12,001 bases of DNA from an uncultured bacterium. GTDB taxonomy: Bacteria; CSSED10-310; CAZUFC01. The notes below the pieces were generated by a model. That model was given only the letters and a program-made list of their open reading frames with translations, did not search any database and had not been told where the DNA came from. Position 1 is the first letter of the stretch. Each line of letters begins with the position of its first letter. Shown here piece after piece: positions 7,714 through 12,001 of this stretch. Where the stretch lies: contig CAZUFC010000044.1 of the NCBI GenBank assembly GCA_964619725.1, positions 1 to 12,001 of the forward strand, in the 5' to 3' direction. A program made the translations under genes and the position numbers.

Positions 7714-7763
7714 AAAATTGCATGGCGCGATACGGTGATGTTCATGCTTAACTGCAGGGGACT

Positions 7764-7942
7764 CGCATCTACATAAGTGTATTTTCCCCCTTTTTTATTT
7801 GTCGCAATTGTGAATGATATACCGATCCTGATCCCGACCCCGAACCCGACCCCGAACCCGACCCCGATACCGATTGCGACCCCGATTATTCAAACAAATT
7901 TCAAACGTTTTTTAAAAATGTAACCCCTGTTCGATCAGTACC
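7764..7942 (+). mobile_element. MITE-like element, copy C (decayed head, 11-unit hexamer array, tail and right TIR)
   Basis: 7882-7946 aligns to the reverse complement of 7574-7640 at 48/67 positions; ends in TIR-like TTCGATCAGTACC (7930-7942). The head is only weakly recognisable (GCATCTACATAAGTGTATTTT ... GTCGCAATT...ATAT), so the left boundary is approximate. Confidence 0.6.
7822..7887 (+). repeat. Degenerate hexamer tandem array (CCGANN) x11
   Basis: ccgatc ctgatc ccgacc ccgaac ccgacc ccgaac ccgacc ccgata ccgatt gcgacc ccgatt. Confidence 0.95.
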
Positions 7943-7956
7943 GGAAAGAATCTCTT

Positions 7957-10839
7957 CTAAAAGTCCCTTCCGTCCCTTAGGTCCCTTAGGTCCCTTAGGT
8001 CCCTTGGGTCCCTTCCGTCCCTTCCGTCCACTTCCGTCCTTTTCCACTTCATCCTCAAAACAAAAGCAAAAAAAACCGCCAGAAGAATGATCGACGACGT
8101 GTTCAGGGGGACAGTCGGCGGGGAACCTGGCGTGGGAGTGGGCGAGGCGGGACGATCAATATCGATTTCGTACCACACGACGTTATAACAGGGATCGACG
8201 GCAAATTGCGTCCTGTTTTGATTTTCGGTCAGGGGCAGTTCGATTGTTCGTTCGCCAGTGTTGTTTAAAGCCCAGACGTGCGTATTTTCCCTCAGGGCCG
8301 GTATGATTATGACGGCGGAGACGCCTTCTACTCTGGACGGCGCGTCGCCGATGTTCTCTTTCAGGGTGGCTTTAATGCCTTCGCCGGGCGGAAAATCAAT
8401 TACAGTATCGGCGGGATACTCGTACCAGGTCGTTCCGGTATTGTCAACGGCACCCAGTGCGGTCACCAGCATGGCGGACGATTGAGCGAACGGATTATCG
8501 TCCAGCGTATTCAGCGCAATGACAGCGAAGCCGTTCTGCATTCCTTCATTGACAGTTACGGTAACATTCGAAAGGTCGAAGCATCTTGATTCGCCGTAAC
8601 CCACGACCATTTTAGTCATCGCTGCATTAACCGTCAGGACGCCCCTGCCGGGAATAGAAAGGTCCCAGACTATTTCACCTGTATCGGAAGTGAAAACGTT
8701 TCCGGAAACGTCCGTTTCTCCGGGAGCTATGGAATCCGGCGGCACGGTTTGGCCTTCAACAGCCAGTTCGACTTTATGGATCAGGGCGGCCCTGGGATCG
8801 ACTCCTGCGGATTGAGCATCCACGACCGTCCAATTGTTCGTATTCAACACCGCTTCTATTTCCGCTTCGCGATCCAGCGACCCTACGACCGTATGTTCGG
8901 CCGGAGTTATGTCTCCTTGCAGAAAAGTCCGCGCTGCGGGAATGAAGGAAGCCATCTTAACCGGATTCTGGTCAAATTCGTAAAACCAGTCGCATCTTTG
9001 AATGTCCCAGTCATCCCTTCTGTGAGAATAGGCGAAAGGCGTTAGAACGTCGAAATCATGAAATGAACCGTAAATGGACAGAAACAGGAAGGCTTCCGCC
9101 TGAAACGTGTTGGGGTGCAAATGATTATATTCCGAGACGGAGTGCGGCATGCTCAGGATATTTTTCATTGCAAGGGATACGACGGCAGAACCGACAGGTT
9201 CGTTGATCATGCTTTCATTAACGATATACCAGCTCGAAGGGTCTGAACCTCCCGTAGAATATGCAGGGCTCCAGTAAGCATGCGTATCGACAAAATCAAA
9301 GTTCGCCTGAACATTGGGATTCGAGCAACCTATTATCGTGCCTGTGATCAGTGATTGCGCTCCCAGTTCGTTTTTTATGTAGTCCCGCATCCCGATGAAG
9401 TAGTTTTCCTCTTTTTCCGTTAAAAAACGGTACCAGTCTCTCCACCCTTCATCCGTTCTGGGGCAGTCCCCGAAACTTTTAAAATTGCGTATCGTCTCAT
9501 CATCAAGATTCTCGCCGGGATAGAACCCGAAAAGACCTCCCGGCTTGAGCGAAATCCCTGTCAGATAAACCGATCCTGTCTGCAGACCCATATTGGTGAA
9601 GTAGACGCCGGCATTGGAGTCCGCCGAATCGAGGGTAAAAGTATAACTGTATTCCTGCCAGGATGTCTCAGCATCCACGGCAACTTTAAAGCCCAGGTTG
9701 CTCCAGGGTTCGTGCGCCATGTTTATGGTGACGTATATGGTCCTGCTTTCGCTTGATTTAATATAAAAAGTAAGCGTATAAGGCATTCCTTCGGGCATTC
9801 CCAGGTTTCCCTGGAGAAATTGCACATGCCAGCCGGCTGAGCTTGCGGCAGTAATATCTATTCTTAGTGCATTCCGTCCCTCCGGTCCGGCGCCGGTTTC
9901 AATGCTGCACTCCGCTTCAGCCTCTCCATGCTCCGCCAATATCCAGGGACTGAAGTCGCCGGAAGCGAAATCGCCGTTGATCAGCGCTTCATCGCCTAGC
10001 GGCTCATCGCTTGCCTCCCAGGCATTAAACAGCGAGTCATGATCGCCGTATTTCTGCGTCAGCCAGCTATTCCACACGTCGTTGAGCATTCCGTCGTAAT
10101 AGGGAGGAAGATCGTCCAGCCGGCTGCTGAGGAAGGAGTGCAGCAGTCCGTTCTCATTGTTTATTTCAATGAAGGCGAAGCAAGGTTCATCGACATAGGC
10201 GGCGCCGGTGTAAGGATTCACATGAGTCAGAAGATCATGCGCGTACTGCTTCTGAAGCGCTGTATTAGCCGGGTCGAAAAAACCGAGTGATGCTCTTGTT
10301 TTCCAATGATCGATCAACTCAATGTCCGGATGCAGCTCCGTTCCTGGATTAAAAGGACGGGAGACCAGGAGGTTCAGATTGGAATATATGCCGTTCTGTT
10401 TGAGCTGATAAATGAAGTAGTCCAGTTTATCCAGCTCAACAGGGTCCAGCTCTCGATCCGGGTCCGTCGTTACCCATATATCCGATGTGTCCATGTGATG
10501 AAATCGAACCAGGTTGATCCCGAATTTCCTCATACGCTGCGCAATTTTCTCCGCATCGCCGGCCAATGGGAATGCCGCACCGTTGCATACATTGACGCCC
10601 CAGAATTTTATCCGTTCGCCGGCAACCGACAGATGAGCAGCCTCATCCACAATTACGAAACCTTCAGAACCCGCATCGGGAGGAATAAGCTCATCCAGAC
10701 TGACAGCCGTATCCGAAGCATCGTCCCACGGCAGATAAAAATCGAACATTTGCGCAGAGACGCTGACGGGAATGCATATAAGGGTAATGAGCAGGATAAG
10801 TTTTTGCGATAATAAAGCCTGCCGCAGTATTAAGGGCAT
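7957..10839 (-). CDS. Exported clan GH-A glycoside hydrolase, GH148-like, catalytic barrel interrupted by a CBM4/9 module, with C-terminal membrane anchor
   Basis: Signal peptide (...PVSVSA/QM); KFWGVN, GINLVRFHHMD, acid/base IEINNENG (Glu codon 10153-10155); CBM4/9-like insert LINGDFASG...WHVQF...YTLTF...WQEYSYTF (~9540-9990); DTHAYW; nucleophile VSEYNH (Glu codon 9130-9132); PT linker + TM + basic tail; AGGAGG at 10850-10855. The exact GH family is inferred from motifs and architecture. Confidence 0.85.
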   Translation of the reverse strand: MPLILRQALLSQKLILLITLICIPVSVSAQMFDFYLPWDDASDTAVSLDELIPPDAGSEGFVIVDEAAHLSVAGERIKFWGVNVCNGAAFPLAGDAEKIAQRMRKFGINLVRFHHMDTSDIWVTTDPDRELDPVELDKLDYFIYQLKQNGIYSNLNLLVSRPFNPGTELHPDIELIDHWKTRASLGFFDPANTALQKQYAHDLLTHVNPYTGAAYVDEPCFAFIEINNENGLLHSFLSSRLDDLPPYYDGMLNDVWNSWLTQKYGDHDSLFNAWEASDEPLGDEALINGDFASGDFSPWILAEHGEAEAECSIETGAGPEGRNALRIDITAASSAGWHVQFLQGNLGMPEGMPYTLTFYIKSSESRTIYVTINMAHEPWSNLGFKVAVDAETSWQEYSYTFTLDSADSNAGVYFTNMGLQTGSVYLTGISLKPGGLFGFYPGENLDDETIRNFKSFGDCPRTDEGWRDWYRFLTEKEENYFIGMRDYIKNELGAQSLITGTIIGCSNPNVQANFDFVDTHAYWSPAYSTGGSDPSSWYIVNESMINEPVGSAVVSLAMKNILSMPHSVSEYNHLHPNTFQAEAFLFLSIYGSFHDFDVLTPFAYSHRRDDWDIQRCDWFYEFDQNPVKMASFIPAARTFLQGDITPAEHTVVGSLDREAEIEAVLNTNNWTVVDAQSAGVDPRAALIHKVELAVEGQTVPPDSIAPGETDVSGNVFTSDTGEIVWDLSIPGRGVLTVNAAMTKMVVGYGESRCFDLSNVTVTVNEGMQNGFAVIALNTLDDNPFAQSSAMLVTALGAVDNTGTTWYEYPADTVIDFPPGEGIKATLKENIGDAPSRVEGVSAVIIIPALRENTHVWALNNTGERTIELPLTENQNRTQFAVDPCYNVVWYEIDIDRPASPTPTPGSPPTVPLNTSSIILLAVFFAFVLRMKWKRTEVDGRDGRDPRDLRDLRDLRDGRDF
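7963..8025 (+). repeat. 9-bp tandem repeat (GTCCCTTNN) x7 inside the 3' end of the GH gene
   Basis: gtcccttcc, gtcccttag x3, gtcccttgg, gtcccttcc x2, then degenerate gtccacttcc; encodes GRD-GRD-PRD-LRD-LRD-LRD-GRD on the - strand. Confidence 0.95.
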
Positions 10840-10862
10840 AGCGACGGTTCCTCCTGTGTTTA

Positions 10863-10891
10863 AACGTAATGAACATTGAAGTAATTGTCAA
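10863..10891 (-). promoter_or_regulatory. Candidate sigma70 promoter for the GH gene
   Basis: - strand perfect TTGACA (10891-10886), 17 bp spacer, TACGTT (10868-10863), just upstream of the AGGAGG RBS. Confidence 0.45.
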
Positions 10892-10908
10892 AAAGGTTCA
10901 ATTGAATC

Positions 10909-11090
10909 GGCATTAATCTAAAATGAGTCTTTCGAGATTACAATTCGAAAGAATATCTAATCATTTTGTTTCGCTTTCGATGCCGATTGCGATACCGATT
11001 GCGATACCGACAGCGACAGCGATTTCGATTGCGACTTTGATACCGTCCCCGATCCGATTTGGATTACCGACCCAGGGAGTTGTTGATCAA
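10909..11090 (+). mobile_element. MITE-like element, copy D (head, 14-unit hexamer array, truncated tail)
   Basis: Head is 40/56 identical to copy A. GTTTCG leads into the array as in copy B. After the array, CCGATTTGGATTACCGACCCAGG resembles copy B CCGATACGGATTACTGAAACAAG (17/23). TTGATCAA at 11083-11090 may be a remnant right TIR. Confidence 0.65.
10971..11054 (+). repeat. Degenerate hexamer tandem array (NCGANN) x14
   Basis: tcgctt tcgatg ccgatt gcgata ccgatt gcgata ccgaca gcgaca gcgatt tcgatt gcgact ttgata ccgtcc ccgatc; shares the exact 15-mer CGATACCGATTGCGA (10990-11004) with the first array (7865-7879). Confidence 0.95.
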
Positions 11091-11169
11091 GAAAAACGCT
11101 TAGTTCGGCAAATAGATAATAGCGTGCAGGTGCAGGCTGATGGGGGATATCAAAATGCCGGTGTTTCTT

Positions 11170-11197
11170 TTGACATTTTGACGGATATTCTTATTCT
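11170..11197 (+). promoter_or_regulatory. Candidate sigma70 promoter for the collagen-like gene
   Basis: TTGACA (11170-11175), 16 bp spacer, TATTCT (11192-11197), about 100 bp upstream of ATG 11299. Confidence 0.45.
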
Positions 11198-11298
11198 GAG
11201 AGAAGTCGGATATATTACATTCCGTGGTCCAATTATGTTTTTCCATGGGATGTGTCGATTCGAAAGTATGATTAAGCTGCCTTGAGGAGGAAAGAGTC

Positions 11299-12001
11299 AT
11301 GAGAAGGAGTTTGTTTTTCTTAATTTCAGCGGCGGTTTTATTAACGACAATCGCCGTTTTGGCGGAGGTTCCGCTAACGATCAATTATCAGGGTTATCTT
11401 TCGGATGATGCCGGTAATCTTTTGATGGGTAACTATGATTTTGTTTTCAGGATATATGATGATGAGAGCGGCGGAAGTTTAGTGTGGGAAGAGGAGCAGC
11501 CGGGAATATTCGTGGATGAGGGTATTTTCAATGTTGTAATAGGAACGTCGGAAGCGCTGGATTTAAATTTTGATGGGATTTACTGGTTGGAGACAGCAGT
11601 GGACGGGGCGACGCTGGCGCCGAGGCAGCAGTTGACCAGCGTCGGACAGAGTATTCGGGCTTTGGAAGCTGATGATGTTTTTGAGCGGGATATAAGTCCC
11701 CGCAGCGTGACGATTTCGGGATATGGAATGGTGATTGACGAAACGGGACGCTGGACGGGCGATCCGGCCGGCCTGGCCGGTCCGACGGGTCCTCAAGGGG
11801 ATACGGGAGTCCAGGGCCCTGCCGGTTCGACCGGCACTCAGGGCGACACGGGCATCCAGGGTCCGACAGGCCAAACCGGCGAAACAGGTCCGATGGGCCC
11901 TCAAGGGGATACGGGAGTCCAGGGCCCTGCCGGTTCGACCGGCCCCCAGGGCGACACGGGCATCCAGGGTCCGACAGGCCAAACCGGCGAAACAGGTCCG
12001 A
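11299..12001 (+). CDS. Secreted collagen-like fibre/adhesin protein (3'-partial; not in the ORF track)
   Basis: GAGGAGG (11284-11290) then ATG 11299, open to the window end: [67 protein letters not shown]...GIFNVVIG...[21 protein letters not shown]..., then uninterrupted Gly-X-Y from nt 11770 ([21 protein letters not shown]...). Confidence 0.92.
   Translation, partial: MRRSLFFLISAAVLLTTIAVLAEVPLTINYQGYLSDDAGNLLMGNYDFVFRIYDDESGGSLVWEEEQPGIFVDEGIFNVVIGTSEALDLNFDGIYWLETAVDGATLAPRQQLTSVGQSIRALEADDVFERDISPRSVTISGYGMVIDETGRWTGDPAGLAGPTGPQGDTGVQGPAGSTGTQGDTGIQGPTGQTGETGPMGPQGDTGVQGPAGSTGPQGDTGIQGPTGQTGETGP
11779..12001 (+). repeat. 108-bp (36-aa) tandem duplication within the collagen domain
   Basis: Units 11779-11886 and 11887-11994 differ at 4 of 108 nt; a third unit starts at 11995 (GGTCCGA). 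Confidence 0.93.

Noticed and set aside
7822-8040. Possible CRISPR array
   Set aside because: Repeats are 6- and 9-bp tandem units with no unique spacers, and no cas genes are present.
1469-10891. Numerous short overlapping ORFs within the KAP, uup, ykgJ-like and GH genes
   Set aside because: Alternate-frame or antisense shadows of long, motif-supported genes, with no recognisable motifs of their own.
10923-11285. 120-aa ORF with PIAIPIAIPTATAI
   Set aside because: The low-complexity peptide is simply the translation of the hexamer array inside MITE copy D; no RBS, and it spans the promoter region of the collagen gene.
11563-11982. 139-aa - strand repetitive ORF (and 11100-11384)
   Set aside because: Antisense shadow of the collagen-like gene, which has the RBS, signal peptide and Gly-X-Y periodicity.

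Overview
Bacterial genomic window in three parts. (1) Left, 1-4773, + strand, defence-island-like: a Schlafen/AlbA_2-domain ORF that may be the 3' remnant of a frameshifted longer gene, a 1105-aa membrane-anchored KAP-family P-loop NTPase with an unusual TIR-like + double Clp-N N-terminus, and a small membrane protein. (2) Centre, - strand: ABC-F ATPase Uup and a YkgJ-type Cys-cluster protein. (3) Right: a divergent pair of exported proteins, a GH148-like glycoside hydrolase split by a CBM4/9 module with a C-terminal membrane-sorting tail (-) and a secreted collagen-like fibre protein missed by the ORF track (+, runs off the window). The most unexpected signal is non-coding: four related copies (4779, 7579-7713, ~7764-7942, 10909-~11090) of a MITE-like element built as head / (NCGANN)n hexamer array / tail. 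It has GG..TGATCAAA-type terminal inverted repeats, and the intact copy has a 9-bp target-site duplication. All alignments and family assignments were made by eye, without database searches.
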